A stretch of DNA of 64,000 bases, taken from contig NC_059428.1 in assembly GCF_021028975.2 (NCBI RefSeq), positions 66,898,001 to 66,962,000 of the forward strand. The letters run 5' to 3'. This document shows, piece by piece, positions 46,201-59,599 of the stretch. Numbering within the stretch: position 1 is the stretch's first letter; every line of letters starts with the position of its first letter. Below the pieces are notes generated by a model. It was not told the DNA's origin. It made no database searches and saw nothing but the letters and a program-made list of their open reading frames with translations. Source of the stretch: Sphaerodactylus townsendi. Taxonomy: Eukaryota. A program made the position numbers and the translations under genes.

Positions 46201-49197
46201 ATTCCAGTGGTTAAACCCTTCTGTTCAGTTCCTAATCACTCAATAAACTTTATCAGGCCAAATGACAGTGACAGGCCTATTTGTGCTAATCAACACAGCC
46301 AAATTCATACCATAGACTTTCCCAACATTTGAGGCTTGTTGTTGTTGTTGCATTACCTCACGCCTTGAGTAAAAATTTTCACGTATAATTATTCAAGGAG
46401 AGTAATAACTATGAGCATTGAATCATTCTGACATTTACTCATATTCAGGCATAAAACTGAAATATATTTTATGTGCTCCCAGTTTAGACTAAATCCAGGG
46501 TCAACAGCTTAAAGCAATCAACTCACATAAAAAACTGACTTAGTAGCTGCTACTGAGCAATGAATACTGAGCCAGTTTTAAAAGAACTTTCCTTGTTGGG
46601 GCTCTTTGAAACCATATGAATGCTCTGGCTAACTGCTTGGAAAGAACTGTGATGTGAATAGCCTAGTGATGCTGTAATGAAGATGTTGAGTCACACACAA
46701 CTCAGCAAATGCTGATTCACTGGAATAATCCTGTGGGAGGGGATTGGGGTGGTGTTATTTCATAAATCAATATTTTCCATAGTTCCTTTTTCAATGTATC
46801 ACCCAGATTACACAAGTTCTTTTTAAGTGCCCCACAACCCAAGTTGTGTTTGATGGGGAGGGGAAACTAATATTTGTCTGCTGTGCTGTATCTCTTGCCT
46901 TTTTATCATAAACAGTTATATGTGGTATGTGGCAGCGCTGGAAAACATGCCAAGGAAGGAGCAAAATGAATAATCTCATATAGTATGCCCCAAGACTGAA
47001 GTCAAATACTTGAGGTTTGCCTCACAAACCAAGCTGAAGCTTATTTACACTAACAGAGGGCACCTGTGGAATAGTGGTGGCCTTAATTATGCCTCACTTA
47101 TTTAGCAATGCCTCATATTTATTTTAATTTTTATACTCATAGACTATAACACTCACTGAGCTGTGGCCTGTGTGGTTAGCTCTGTTTTGTACTGCTTCTC
47201 TGTAACATAATATGTAAAATGTTGATATGGATGAGATTTGGAAAGGAAGCTGCCTTTTGCACAAATGAATGATATCAAAATTGTTGTCCCAAGTGTATAA
47301 ACTAACCCAGTGTCCCAGCAGACTGAATGTTTTTTCTTAGTTCTTACCAAATCCTTTGCCTTCCTTTTTGCAATGGATCTGACATCTCCATTCAAAAGGA
47401 GATTTCTTTCAGAAAGGTATAATAAACAATCACTGGTATGGTATCCAACATAGTCTTCATTGTGCAAAGTGAAACTTTCTTTGAATGTTTCAGATAATTA
47501 TTTATAGTAAAGCAATATGTTGATCCATAATTTAAAATTCCATTTGGGAGGCATTTTCATGAAGACACAGACTTCTTTTTCTAGGCCCACTTCTATTTGT
47601 AATTAGTCCCATGTTTCTGAAGACCTTACTGAATAACCTCTGCAGAATTATCTAAACGCTTCTCTGTTGCTAATATTAATACACTCTGAAAGACCCAACT
47701 GTGGCTAGCAATGCATCCAAAGTTCAGGTTATTGATAAATTCAGGGGTTTACCTTCCCCCCCCCCCGCCTATCACATGAGGGCAGATGATGAGGAAGATA
47801 AGGACAGTGACAGTCCATGCCCCAGTTTTTCCAATAACTGCTCCAGAGACCCATGACAGGCTGCCAATGGAATTTTGGTTACTCTTCTTTCTTATCTTCC
47901 ACTTTCTCAGAGAAAGAACCCAATGTTTTTCCAGTAAAATTTGGAAAACTTAACAGGCTCTTACAGCTGCTGCTCAGCTGGATGGTAGGAAAAAAATAAA
48001 AGAGAAATGGGGGGAGGTACAATGGCCAGCATCCAAAAACAGTTTTCTTGAGGGGGGGTTACACAGACTGTGTGGAGGTAATGATAGGCTTTACACTGAC
48101 TTTTGGCCATTTCATTGCATTGTATAATGGATTTGAATGATAATAAGAAAAGTAAGATCCAATAGGTGTAAATAAACCTTTCTGCATCATAGCTGTTATT
48201 GCTGAAGTAATTAAGTTAACAGCTACAGTACATAATTTATACTGTTCCATATCAGTTTTTAATCAAGTTTAGTACTATTTTGTTTCCAATTTAGGGTGTA
48301 ATCTTAAGCAGAGTCACATGTTTCTCAATTATAATTAATGGTGTTAAAAGGGTGTAATTCTGTGAAGGCTAACCTAATCCTTTTGATAGAACATTAATTT
48401 TTTGTGAATTTTTCTGACAGGAAAGTGTATAGCACAGAAACATATCTGAAATATGATGCAGAAACATCACTGCCCATTTCACATGAGAAACCAACCTGCC
48501 ATCTGATGATATTAATTAGATTTGTGCAAAAATGTAAATGAACTGAATGAAAAACAGCTTGAACAAGGTTAATGGTAGAAACTTTGAATGTTTTGACTTT
48601 TATTAAACTGGTTTGTAATCTCCAAGCTATTTAAACTGTTGATCTGAATATGAACCCACATGAACAAATTGTCTAGAAAAATTAAAATATTTCTGACTTT
48701 CAAGTATTTAGCAACTGCAATTCTTTCTGCATCGATTAATGTGTTCCAATAAAGAGTGTTAATCGGCTTTGAACATTTCATTACGGTTTTTTTGAATGCA
48801 GCATTTTACAAGCAAAGCTGTTCATCATATTGCTGGAACAAGTACAATACAGCATCCTTAAAATTATGCACAAATAATAGATGGGTTACAGCACTATTTT
48901 TTTCAGCAGCATTAATAAAATCTCTCAAGCATGCCGAGAGTCCATGGCCAGGAGAATTCTCTGGAGGTCTTTTATAGGATACTCGTCTTTGTTATGAAAT
49001 TCCTCAATGCCTTTTTGCTGTCTCCCTAATGATCAGTTAAATAGGATCTCCTGAGAATGCCTGAGTCAGAGCCAACTCGAAAACTGCTGAGGAAACATCC
49101 TCTCTTACTGGAAATGATTCCCATCAAACTGCTTTGTACCATGTTTAGACTAACAGATCAGTAATACTAAACAGAGGAAGCTAAGTTCACAGTGCTT

Positions 49198-49308
49198 AAG
49201 AAGTTGCTGTGTGTGAAAAGAGATTGTCTTTGTCAAGAAGTTGCTGTGTGTGAAAAGAGATTGTCTTTGTCAAGAAGTTGCTGTGTGTGAAAAGAGATTG
49301 TCTTTGTC
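49198..49308. repeat. Perfect 37-bp x3 tandem repeat
   Basis: aagaagttgctgtgtgtgaaaagagattgtctttgtc at 49198, 49235 and 49272. Confidence 0.97.
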
Positions 49309-49833
49309 TGGCCTGGTTACTTTAAGACCCCCTATCCAAGAGGCTAAAACAAATTACTTTGAGCTGTTGCCAACAAGTCCTGTAAAATAGTGAAGCTAGA
49401 GATTAAAAAATGACCACTTCCTTTGGATACTTACACCCTGCTGACCTTCATTGTGATCCTGAGTACATTTACATTTGTACCTCATTTAGAATCAGCCCAG
49501 AATATTTTCTTAACAGTACAATATTTGTGTCAGATTCAGACAGCAAAGATACACAGAAATAAATGCCCCCACCCCACCCCCATTCTGGCACCTTTTCCAA
49601 CTAGCAACAAATCAAAGTCTGAGCCTAAGCATTTTACATGTCTATGAAGATCTACCTGACTGAGAGTATAGCTAGCTGAAAGCTTGCATTTTCATTGCAT
49701 CTTTGGTTAGATTTACTTTTGTCCTAATGAGAATTTTCAAGGTTCTTTTCCCTTTGAGATAGGACAGGAAATAGATTTAATCAAACACATGTTGCCAAAT
49801 AGTCCCAATGCAACTAGTCCAGCCATTCACTAT

Positions 49834-49974
49834 GGCCCCTTCCGCACATGCAAAATAATGCGTTTTCAAACCACTTTCACAACTGTTTGCAAGTGGATTT
49901 TGCCATTCCGCACAGTTTCAGAGAGCACTGAAAGCAGTTTGAAAGTGCATTATTCTGCATGTGCGGAATGAGCC
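49834..49974. mobile_element. PIF/Harbinger MITE, 141 bp
   Basis: TIRs GGCCCCTTCCGCACATGCAAAATAATGC and GCATTATTCTGCATGTGCGGAATGAGCC. TSD TAT. Confidence 0.9.
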
Positions 49975-51851
49975 TATGAGATATTAAGCTATGCTGCTCT
50001 TTTCAGTATGTTTAGATTCAAACATTGTCAGGGCATTCCTGAGGGGTAATTGCAGCCAGGGACTCAGCAGGCACTGTGTCACTGCACCCCCTCCCCCAAG
50101 AGGCTTGCTGCACTGTGGACAGCAAGCCAAAAGTGGCACTGCCCCTTCCCCTGTGAAAGTGGCCTATGCAGCTGAATGGGCTGTGCAGCTGAATTTGCTG
50201 GTGAAAGTTGGTGCTAGCAAAAGGGGGCATTCCAAAAAAGTCCAGGCAGCTGACCAAAGCCAGACCCACCCACAGGAATGCCCCTTTTGACAAGGGAAAC
50301 TGAGTTCATTTAGAACAATTGCAACTTGTTACAAATATGCTTTGCTGAATGAGCCTCAGTAGCAGCCATCCCTCTCTTAACACATCTGTGGTCTTTCAAT
50401 TTTTAAACCAGCAAGTGAATGTCATTATATTGAATAACAACTGAATACTGATATAATGTCAAAGCAATATGTTATGACTTTTAAAAATTTATGTCAGATC
50501 CAATAATGCTGTGATCCCAGAAACAGCAGGCAAGACTTGATAACCAGTTCTGAGGAAGAGGATTTGATGTTTCCACAAAACGAGCATCGAACCAGGGGGT
50601 TTGTCCTTGGACATTTTGGACTGTCTATCTAATAGATGTGCTAATTGGACTGTATACTCCATAGGAATGTTTCTTGGTATATGAATTTCAAATTTTCATT
50701 GCATGTGACTCACGATTTATATATGTACATGGTACTTTTTGCATTGTACCTAAGGTGACTGCAGGTGTTTTTTTTTAGTCTATGGTATGGCTTATATTAT
50801 TTCCTTGGGACTGATATATGTGTAACAGGTTCTCACACTTGCTCTTGAAGAAATATGCCTTTCCACTTATATCTCCACTAGACTTACAGTGCAATCCTGG
50901 GATGGGGGGAAGATAGCTGCACCGTGGCCGTGAACAGTGTAACCATGGCACAGCCATGCCACCTCCAAAGAGGCTTGCTGTTCCACAGCCAAAAAATCAA
51001 CAGGGACACTCCCCCAACTCCCATGGAACTGCTCTATGCAGCTCCATGGGCTGCACCTATTTTTTTTCCTGGCGTAAGTCTATGCCAGCAAATGGATGCT
51101 TTGCTGGGTTTAAAGGACTTAGGAAACTGACTAAAGCCTGTCCTATCCCCAGGAATGCCCTCTGTGGCACCAGCACAAGCTCTTGCACTAGAGGAGTCCT
51201 GGCATCACTGCAGCACTGGCACCCAAGTGTTGTGCTGCTGTCTGGCTCCCTTGTTCCAGTTAAGCTGGTGTGCGTCACACCACCTCCTGAGAGGTTTCAA
51301 ACCCCCTCCCCCAAGAACTGCACTATTTCCTTTTTTAAAAAAGACAAGATGAGAATTCTGTTAGCCCTTTACATATTTTGTTACAATGTTACATCAATAT
51401 AACAATATTCAACAGCCCATTTGTAAAGGTTCCCAGTGGTGGGGAAGGAAATGGCCACTGTCGGGACAATGTCCATGGAAATAGCTGTCATGTGGGCAGG
51501 AATATGCTTCCTAATTTTACTGAGATCTCTCCCAAAACTTTGTATCAAAGCAGATTTGAGACAGACTAGAGAAAAACTCAGGGAATGCCAGGAGGTGCAG
51601 GAATTCACCACAGTGCTGTGGGGAAGCAGAGGGAAAACATTTCCCAGCAGTACTGAATCCAGGACAGATGATTACCTGCGTGCCACTACAAAAGCACAAA
51701 GAAGGCATGAAAACTAAAATATACAACAGCCAATTGTGAGCTGGACATGGTCTTGTAGGGACCAAATATCAATCTCATGCCTCACACAGCCTGGCCAAAC
51801 GTACACAAGCTGGGCGAGAATCAAGACACTGTGAGTATCACCAGGACAGGA

Positions 51852-52049
51852 TAGGGTTGTCAACTCCAGGCTGAAATATACCTGGAGATTTTGGGGGTGG
51901 AGCCTGAGAGGGCAGGGTTTGGAGAAAGGAGGGATTTTAATGAGGTATAATACCACAGAGTCCACCCTCCAAATAATTAATTTTCTCCAGGTGAACTGAT
52001 CTTTGTTGCCTGGAGATCTCCAGCCACTACTTGAAGGTTAGCATCCTTA
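51852..52049 (+). mobile_element. hAT/Blackjack-like MITE ('tagggttgcc' family)
   Basis: Ends tagggttgtcaac and gttagcatcctta. Internal motifs shared with the 41018 and 63825 copies. Confidence 0.7.
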
Positions 52050-52109
52050 GTATACGACTATCTTGAGGATCTGCCATCGAATAAAGTTTGGCTAAGTCAG
52101 CGGTTGGGA

Positions 52110-52342
52110 GGGATGGCAGCATAGTATAGCTGGATCTCATTAGATCTCAGAAACTAGGTACTTGTTGGTACTTGTACAGGAAAGTATAGTATAGTTGGTA
52201 CTTGTACAGGAAACCTCCAAGGGAGTCTCTGAAGAGAAAGACAATAGTAAATCAGCTCTGCTTCTCACTTGCCGTGAAGGCTCCTTGCTGGGCTTGTCAT
52301 AGGTCAGCTGCAACTTGACTGCACTTTACACAAATGCACACA
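52110..52342 (+). mobile_element. Diverged 5S-derived SINE with RTE-type tail
   Basis: 'gatctcattagatctcagaa.cta' (5S-like), 'tcagctgcaacttgactgcactttacac' tail, and an internal short duplication. Confidence 0.6.
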
Positions 52343-53512
52343 CAAGGCAGCTGTCAGAGGGAGAGGAATAAAAGGAGCAAGCTCCATGGAAGTCTGCATT
52401 TCCATCGGAAAATGTAACCTGTACCAGTAGTTCTGTATTACTGAAAGGAATGGCAGTTCAGCCTTAACATCCAGGTCTGGAAAGTCGCTGATAAGCATCC
52501 CTTCAGTTCCTCCCTGGATGATACTTGTAAGGCAAGAGAATTAAATGCTTACTAGTCTGTGATGAGGCAACCTTGATGCACAGAGAGAAAGCAAGTGAAG
52601 CCCCACTACCCCAAACAGTGACACCAGTATTTTAAAAAAATTTCAAAAGAAAATGAAAGCCAGGGAAAGGAGACCACCATTAAAATCTGTGAGGACAATT
52701 ATACTAAGGCTCTGGAAAATACATTCCGTCCCCCATCCCGCTACAAACTTGGTGTTAGGCCAGTCTCTGTGGCAGGGAACACCAGGCACACCAGAAATGG
52801 AACCAGCACAATGGACCATCTCTGGAATTAGCCATCTCAACAACTGTTTTTGCTCCCATGAAAGCACAAAGTGCAAAGCCATTTAATATTATCTGACCCT
52901 GTAGGCAGATTCATATAGGAGAACAGAACCTCTAGGTGCCAGAGTCCCAGACCAAGTAGGACCATATAGATAATAACCAGCACTTTGAATTGCTCTTAAA
53001 AGCAAACTAGTGGTTGGAGATGATCTTTTAGTGTATTGTCCTTATAGTTTTCTCTGTTGAACAGTCTTGAACCAGCTGTATTTTGAACCTGAACCTTCTC
53101 AACCAGGATATTGCAGTTGCTATTTTTGCATTAAACTGAACACCAGCTATTCAAAGTAACAGGAATGCAAAAATGCTTGTCTAGACAGGCCTGAAACCAT
53201 TTGCTGCTTGAGAGTCTGTACAGCAAGGGTGTTAAATCTGATGAAAGAAAAATCTGTTTTAATTTTTTGGAACTGATGACAGTAGCCTTAACGTTCCCAA
53301 ACTGCTCTTGTCTTAGGACTAATGCAATATTGTTAACTTGTGAATTTGCTTTCTTTATCTGCATGTTTGAATATAAACAGTTATTATAAAAACACTGTAA
53401 TTATTCAGGTATTTCATCTCCAAAGGAAACTGATCCAGTAAGATGATCACAACACTCCCATTATTTAGATACATAGGAAACAACATTGTTAAATCATTTG
53501 ATGGGTATAACA

Positions 53513-53670
53513 GACATCTTCAGAGGTGTATCAAAGAGGGAACAGACTTGTATGCAACAGACTTTTCTCTGTGATACACCTCTGAAGATGCCAGTCACAG
53601 ATGCAGGTGAAACGTTAGGAACAAGATCCACCAGACCACAGCCACACAGCCCGGAAAACCCACAACAACC
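53513..53670. mobile_element. Penelope-like fold-back fragment, same family as 1909-2200, with hammerhead motif
   Basis: cct-CTGAAGA(53582)-tgcc...ggt-GAAAC-GTT-agg on the + strand. A short inverted left arm 'catcttcagaggtgtatca' is present. Confidence 0.75.
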
Positions 53671-55941
53671 ATTTTTAAATAAGATTTTCTTTTATTCTTG
53701 TAAGGCATTAGAACCCAGCTACAATCAGGAGAGCAAACAAAGCATACTAAGAATTTTTGATGGGTAAAGTTTGCTTTCTTTCTTGAGATCTTGCTAATTG
53801 CCATGTTGTGTATGAGAGAGGGTGATAAAAGTATCTTTATTAGAACTGAGCTGGAGGCAGCAGTTTTTGCAAACACTGTTGCCAGCATTGAAAAATGCCC
53901 TCAAACAACATTTAATGAATCTCTGAAAAATGAATTGTTCTCCTGCTCATTGTCTTGTTGTCCTCACCATCCTTTCAAATTAACTGACATTCTCCTTGTA
54001 GTCAATCCAGAAAACTTTTACTTCATTCTAAGTAAGAAGTTGGATTCAGAAAAAAGTGGCAGTTTCCACCTTCTGTAAGCTTCCCTCATTTTGCTCAGCT
54101 GGGTCTATTATCCTAAAGGAACAGCATTTCATGGTGAGCAGAGAATGAATGAGGGAGGGAAAAAAACAGGAAAATTCTGTTCCACTGATAGAAAATTTAA
54201 TTTGGATCCAACTCAAGTTTTATTTGTGCTCATTAGTTAGTTATATAACACCAACATGTCACTTAAACATTCCCTGATTTGAAGATACCATGTAGTAAGG
54301 AGAAAGAAAAAGAGGGGGTGGGGGATGGGGTTGGATCTCACACACCTATTCTACCAACTCTGGCTCCTACCTCTAGGACAAAGAGATTTCCATCAATATC
54401 AACAGGCTTAAACTAGTGAAACAAATCTGCAGATTGTTTGTTGGTGGGAAGAGAAAAAAATCCTGTAACGTATAAAAACAAAACGAGTTACTTGAACCAA
54501 AGATTTACAGACTAATGTTAAAGCAAAGGAAGAAGAACATTGTTTCTTTCAGTTGTTCTGTGATTTCGTACTAGATAGCATGAGACTTTCACATCTTTCT
54601 TAGAACTTGCTGGTCTATAATTGCTTCTAACCTCAGATAGTCTCTTAGGCTTCCAAACATATTTGTTATAGCACCCATTAATATTTCATAAAGGCTTTTG
54701 AGGCTTCTGGTGTTACTGATATCCTTATATTTTCTTTCCTAAATTATTTACATATCCCAGATCCAGCAATCTTAGGGACACTGCATTCAAAAAAGAGTTC
54801 TCAACAACCTTTCCCAACTGTAAGATGTTTCTGGTTCACAGAAAACAAAACAAAACAGAGGTTAGGCCCTGCTGAGGATGGCACTGTAAATGGTATGAGG
54901 TGTTGCAGGTTCAAGAGGGTGAAACTGACCAGACAGCAGAACAGTTGGGCTCTTTCCCCCTCTGATGCCTTTGCTGTGTTGAAAGCACCCAGAAGTTGCA
55001 TCTTTTTTTAAGATGTCCCCCAGATGTCTTATTTTGAGTGTGCTGAATGAAAAGAGGTAATCTTTTCTTTTTAAGACATTTGACAGATATTTTTTATACT
55101 ATGCAGAATGGACCAATGCATCTTTTAAAGATATCATACCATTAAAGGCCTCAAGGCAACCGAAAGGATCTGTAATTGCAGATTTCAAGACAATGTAATC
55201 TTAATCACTATTCAGTGCCTCTTAGTAACACACACAGTTATAGACACATTCATGCCTGACAAGCAAAAATTGGGATAGGATCCCTGGGAGAGGATTCGTG
55301 GGGTTAAGGTACAAATTTGCATCCAATGTACATGAAGCATCTTTCTTCCATACCTGGAAAGGCTCCTCTGCTGCAGCCATCAGCTGCATATACAAGCCTC
55401 TGCCTCTGCAGTAGCTTCAACTCAGGAGTTACCACCAGCTGGCAACATAGACAGAAGAAGCCAAACAAGATGCACAACTACCGTTTAAGGAAATGCTCTG
55501 CCTGCTGGACACAGACAACAAAGGGGTATGAATACAAACATGAGCAAAGACAAGGGACCTTTTCCTGCAGTGCAGGAGTGATACAGCGATTATTTTTTTT
55601 AAAGGTACAGTGGTCAGGGAGGTGCTGGAAGGAGGAAGGAAAGGGTGCGGTTTTGTTGCTGCAATTAATGCTGGGAAAATTTGGGGACATGACTGTACAC
55701 TGCTGGTGAAGCTGAGATACAAGTAGATAAAGAATAACCACTCAGGGAAAAAGAAGGACAAAGGCATCAAACACCCAATATTGAAGCAGATTACCTGATG
55801 TGTACTTAAAAGAAATTTACACTATGTGGGGCAATAACCACCAGAAATATCCTGTGCATAAAAGCCCTGTGGCTTCCCAACGTAGTTCACATTTGAGACT
55901 TTTTTCACATGAAATTGCCGCCCTCTGACCTTCTGCTCAGA

Positions 55942-56232
55942 AGTGTGGTATAGTGGTTAAGAGCAATTGACTCTAATTTGGTGAACTGATTTTCATTCCC
56001 CACTCCCCATTCCCCGTGAGCAACAGACTCTAACCTGGTGAACTGGGTTTGTTTCCCCACTTCTCCTCCTGAAGCATGCTGGGTGACCTTGCGCTAGTCA
56101 CAGTTCTCTCAGAACTCTCTCATTCCCTCCTACCTGACAAGGTGTCTTGTGGGGAGGAAAAGGTGATTAAAAGTCTTGTTGAGACTCCTTTAATTAGAGA
56201 AAAGCAGGGTATAAAAACCAACTCTTCTTCTT
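55942..56232 (+). mobile_element. tRNA/CORE-type SINE with duplicated head segment
   Basis: A-box-like tggtatagtgg, duplicated 'gactctaa..tggtgaactg', core gctgggtgaccttg.gctagtcacag, tail ccaactcttcttc. Confidence 0.8.
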
Positions 56233-56259
56233 TATCCAGGGGTGACATCACGGTCATGT

Positions 56260-56556
56260 CTGTGGCTCAGTAGAAATCCCAGGTTCAATCCTCTGCATCT
56301 CTAGTTAAATACCAGTAGTAGGTGAAACACTTAATATGAGACCCTGATAGAGCTTCTGAGAGCTTGACAGTGCTGATATGGCTACATCCACACCTCTTTG
56401 TATATTGTGCTGTCAATCAATGACAATGGATTGCCTTACCCACACAAGAAAATTCACTTAAGAAATATTTCTCTAGTGAAAAATCTATATGTGGATTCAG
56501 TTCTAGACTAATGGTCTGACTCAGTGTAATGTAGTTTCATGTGTGTGTTTCATGTG
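56260..56556 (+). mobile_element. Second tRNA-derived SINE family (CR1-like tail), interrupted at ~56380-56502
   Basis: A-box tggctcagtag, B-box ggttcaatcc, 'gagaccctg.tagagc', tail 'atggtctgactcagtgtaa..tagtttcatgtg'. Confidence 0.55.
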
Positions 56557-57936
56557 AGTTCTTAACATCTCCCATGCTTAAGAAATAGATTTTTAAATAC
56601 ATATTTCTGCATGCTGTTCTGAATCAAGCAGTTGCAACATCAACTGCTGTGAAACTAAAAGGAAGTGTTGCTGTTACCTGAGTGTAATTACTTGGGTGAC
56701 TTTTTTTCTAGAGATACACCTTACTACTCTTTGCCTTCTCTGAGGAGATGGAAAGCAGGCCTTTCCCTTTTCTTTGCATCAGGAACTATATTAGCATTTT
56801 GTGGGGTTCATGCCTAACGATCAAGCAATCCAAGTATATCTTATATTTAATTAGACTTCAGGAAGTTCTATTTTCCATTTGTAGATATGTTCCTTGAAAT
56901 GATTATGCATGTTATGTATGAAAGTTCTCCAATTAGGAAAAGTTATGCCCCAAGGTCTTAAATCAAGCACTGCCTGGCATTGTGCTTTCTGCTAATAAAC
57001 TGCAAATGCAAATCACGTTGTGTGTGTGGCTCAAATATTTTCCAAAAGTTACTTTTAGTGGAAGGTTGGAGTCATGTTCCCCAGATCATATTCCCAAAAC
57101 TGATGCTTTCTGTGACCTTTCCATATAATTGTTTTTATTGAGCTGCTTCATATTCCTATTTGCAGTGATTTCTAATGGTGGTTAGGCAGCTCTGCTGTAA
57201 GACTTTTGTACAAAAGTGAAGAGGATTTTAAAAGTTCACGCCTTGGTATCTAAATTTCCACTCTGCCATTCCAATAATTTGGCACACAACAATCAGTGGA
57301 GGTACAGGGTGTCACTAATCATAATCAAAGAGATTTATGACAGAACCATTAAGATGAGCAAATCATCACATGCTACTGTACTTAGGCATCCTTGTTACAT
57401 TGGTATTAGAAATAAATGGTGTACTTTAATGGCCAACATATTAAAATTTCATGGACTTTCCATGTCTCTCTGCTTTCTTTGCTGCATTTGCTTCACTGCA
57501 GAGAATGTCTTTTGTTCCATCTTCTTTTCTTCTTGAGTACCTGACATTAATTTAAGTGGGCCTTAGCATCCAGAGCATATTTGTTAGAAGAATTATATAC
57601 ACACACAAACACACACATGTATATATAAAATCAAGCTGTTCTTAGGGTATTTCACTTACAGTGGAGGCTAACGGAGCCATGAGCTCTAATCCCAAGGTCC
57701 AGTTTAACCATTGTGTCACTTCTATGGTCCCTATAATTAAGGCACCCAAATGTTTTCCTTTTCTTTGTTGAATGCCTTTAGCTTCCATGCAACCTCCCAA
57801 TCTTTTTTTTTACTGATGGAAAACTAAAGTAAAGCAAACAGAAGTGCCTTTGTCAACCCAAAGAGGAAGTTTATTGGAAAAGCAGCAAATAGCAATTAGG
57901 TCCTCTGAGTTCAGAGGTAAGTGGTATAATGAGATC

Positions 57937-58351
57937 TAAAGTTGGAGGACTCATGATGGGAGCATGGGATCCCCAACTTTGGGCTCCCTCCCCCCAAACC
58001 AGTAGCATCCCCCTGACTCAGTATCATCAAACTGGCTGATGAGGGTCTTACCATGCTTAAAATGAGGCCTAGACCTCAGTGTTACCTGTGTGTTGGCCCC
58101 TTCAGAAGTGATGTCATCACACAGGCGACATCAGGGGAGACACTCTGGAATTTGGGCAAAAATCTATAGTAAAAAACCCAACCAGCTTCTACCATAGAGT
58201 GTCTACCTCATTGTCATGATATGATGACATCACTTTCAAAAGTGATATCAATATGCAGCAGACATTGAGGCCTAGACCTCATTTTAAGTCTATTAAGATC
58301 CCCACTTACCAACCCTTATGGCTGGGGGGGGGGGGGGACTTGGCAACCCTA
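57937..58351. mobile_element. hAT/Blackjack-like element with internal inverted repeats
   Basis: Ends ggcaacccta. Inverted pairs cttaaaatgagg/cctcattttaag, aagtgatgtcatca/tgatgacatcactt and agacactct/agagtgtct. Confidence 0.55.
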
Positions 58352-59152
58352 GCAGGATTTTTCTTCTTTGCCTCCATTATGGTTTGTCTATTCTACAAGA
58401 CAAGCTGTGAATTGGTTTGAACATAAGTTATGGTAAGGGACTAATGATTCCACATTGTATTTGTCTTGTTTTGTCCCATGTTACTTATAGCAGTTTCTGT
58501 CAGAACATCATTAAACCAGTCAATTGAAACATGTGTTGATGAACAATGGTTTCTTTATTGCAAGTAAGATTAGTCCAGTACAATACAAAGACGTCTCTGG
58601 CTGCCCAAGCCAGGACGTATCTATTTTAAAGCAACCAGCATGCCCATTCCCCCCGCCCACCATACAACCATCCTACAGCTGCACTACAGACCAAAGTATG
58701 TGGCCTTCACTAGCTGAGCAGAGGAGAGATAAGCAGTGAGGAAGCAACAGAAGAATAGTTTCACACAGCAGATTCACACAGACCAGAATTCCCATCCCCC
58801 AGTACGCAGACCACTCCGACAGTTTCTACCATTCATCCTGATTGTGAATGTTACTTGTGTGCAGGCATTTCAACACTGACTTAAGAAAGCCTATTAAATA
58901 GGGATAGGATTAAGCAGGTGAACCTTGTGAACCTTGTGAAAGTTCTGCTACTTCATTTTTGCAATGTTATTTTGAAAGCCCGTGCATATAATTAAATAAA
59001 GTAACTGTAGGTATTTAAAATACAGAAGAATCTGTCAGTTAAGTTCTGGCATATGCATGTCTATTGGAGTAGATCGTGCATCATACTATGAAAATTAGAA
59101 AAACAGGATTCTGATAAACGTAAGCAGGGGGCATGTGTTTGAAAATGTAAAA

Positions 59153-59456
59153 GGAGCAGCAGTGGCGTAGGAGGTTAAGAGCTCGTGTATCTAATCCGGA
59201 GGAACCGGGTTTGATTCCCAGCTTTGCCGCCTGAGCTGTGGAGGCTTATCTGGGGAATTCAGATTAGCCTGTACACTCCCACACATGCCAGCTGGGTGAC
59301 CTTGGGCTAGTCACAGCTTCTTGGAGCTCTCTCAGCCCCACCCACCTCACAGGGTGTTTGTTGTGAGGGGGGAAGGGCAAGGAGATTGTAAGCCCCTTTG
59401 AGTCTCCTGCAGGAGAGAAAGGGGGGGATATAAATCCAAATTCTTCTTCTTCTTCT
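59153..59456 (+). mobile_element. Young full-length tRNA/CORE-type SINE (squamate, Squam3-like)
   Basis: Pol III A box TGGCGTAGGAGG, B box GGTTTGATTCC, CORE-like gctgggtgaccttgggctagtcac, L2-like 3' stem and (TTC)n tail. The family name is an inference. Confidence 0.88.
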
Positions 59457-59599
59457 AAAATATTCTTTCTGGATAGCACAATATCATGGAATCTTTAGCA
59501 AACATTTCCATTGTAAAATGGGAAGAAATTACACCACAGCATCCACTGATACTTAATCATTTTACCACCTATATAGAGTTTCAATTTAATGCTTTACCA

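Noticed and set aside
47348-47480. Minus-strand exon candidate ending GATTTG|gtaag
   Set aside because: The acceptor is ambiguous, there is an upstream in-frame stop, and the peptide is not recognisable.
49198-49308. 37-bp direct repeats of CRISPR-like length
   Set aside because: There are no spacers; it is a simple tandem repeat.
59153-59230. tRNA gene
   Set aside because: A and B boxes are present but continue into a SINE body and tail repeated several times in the window.
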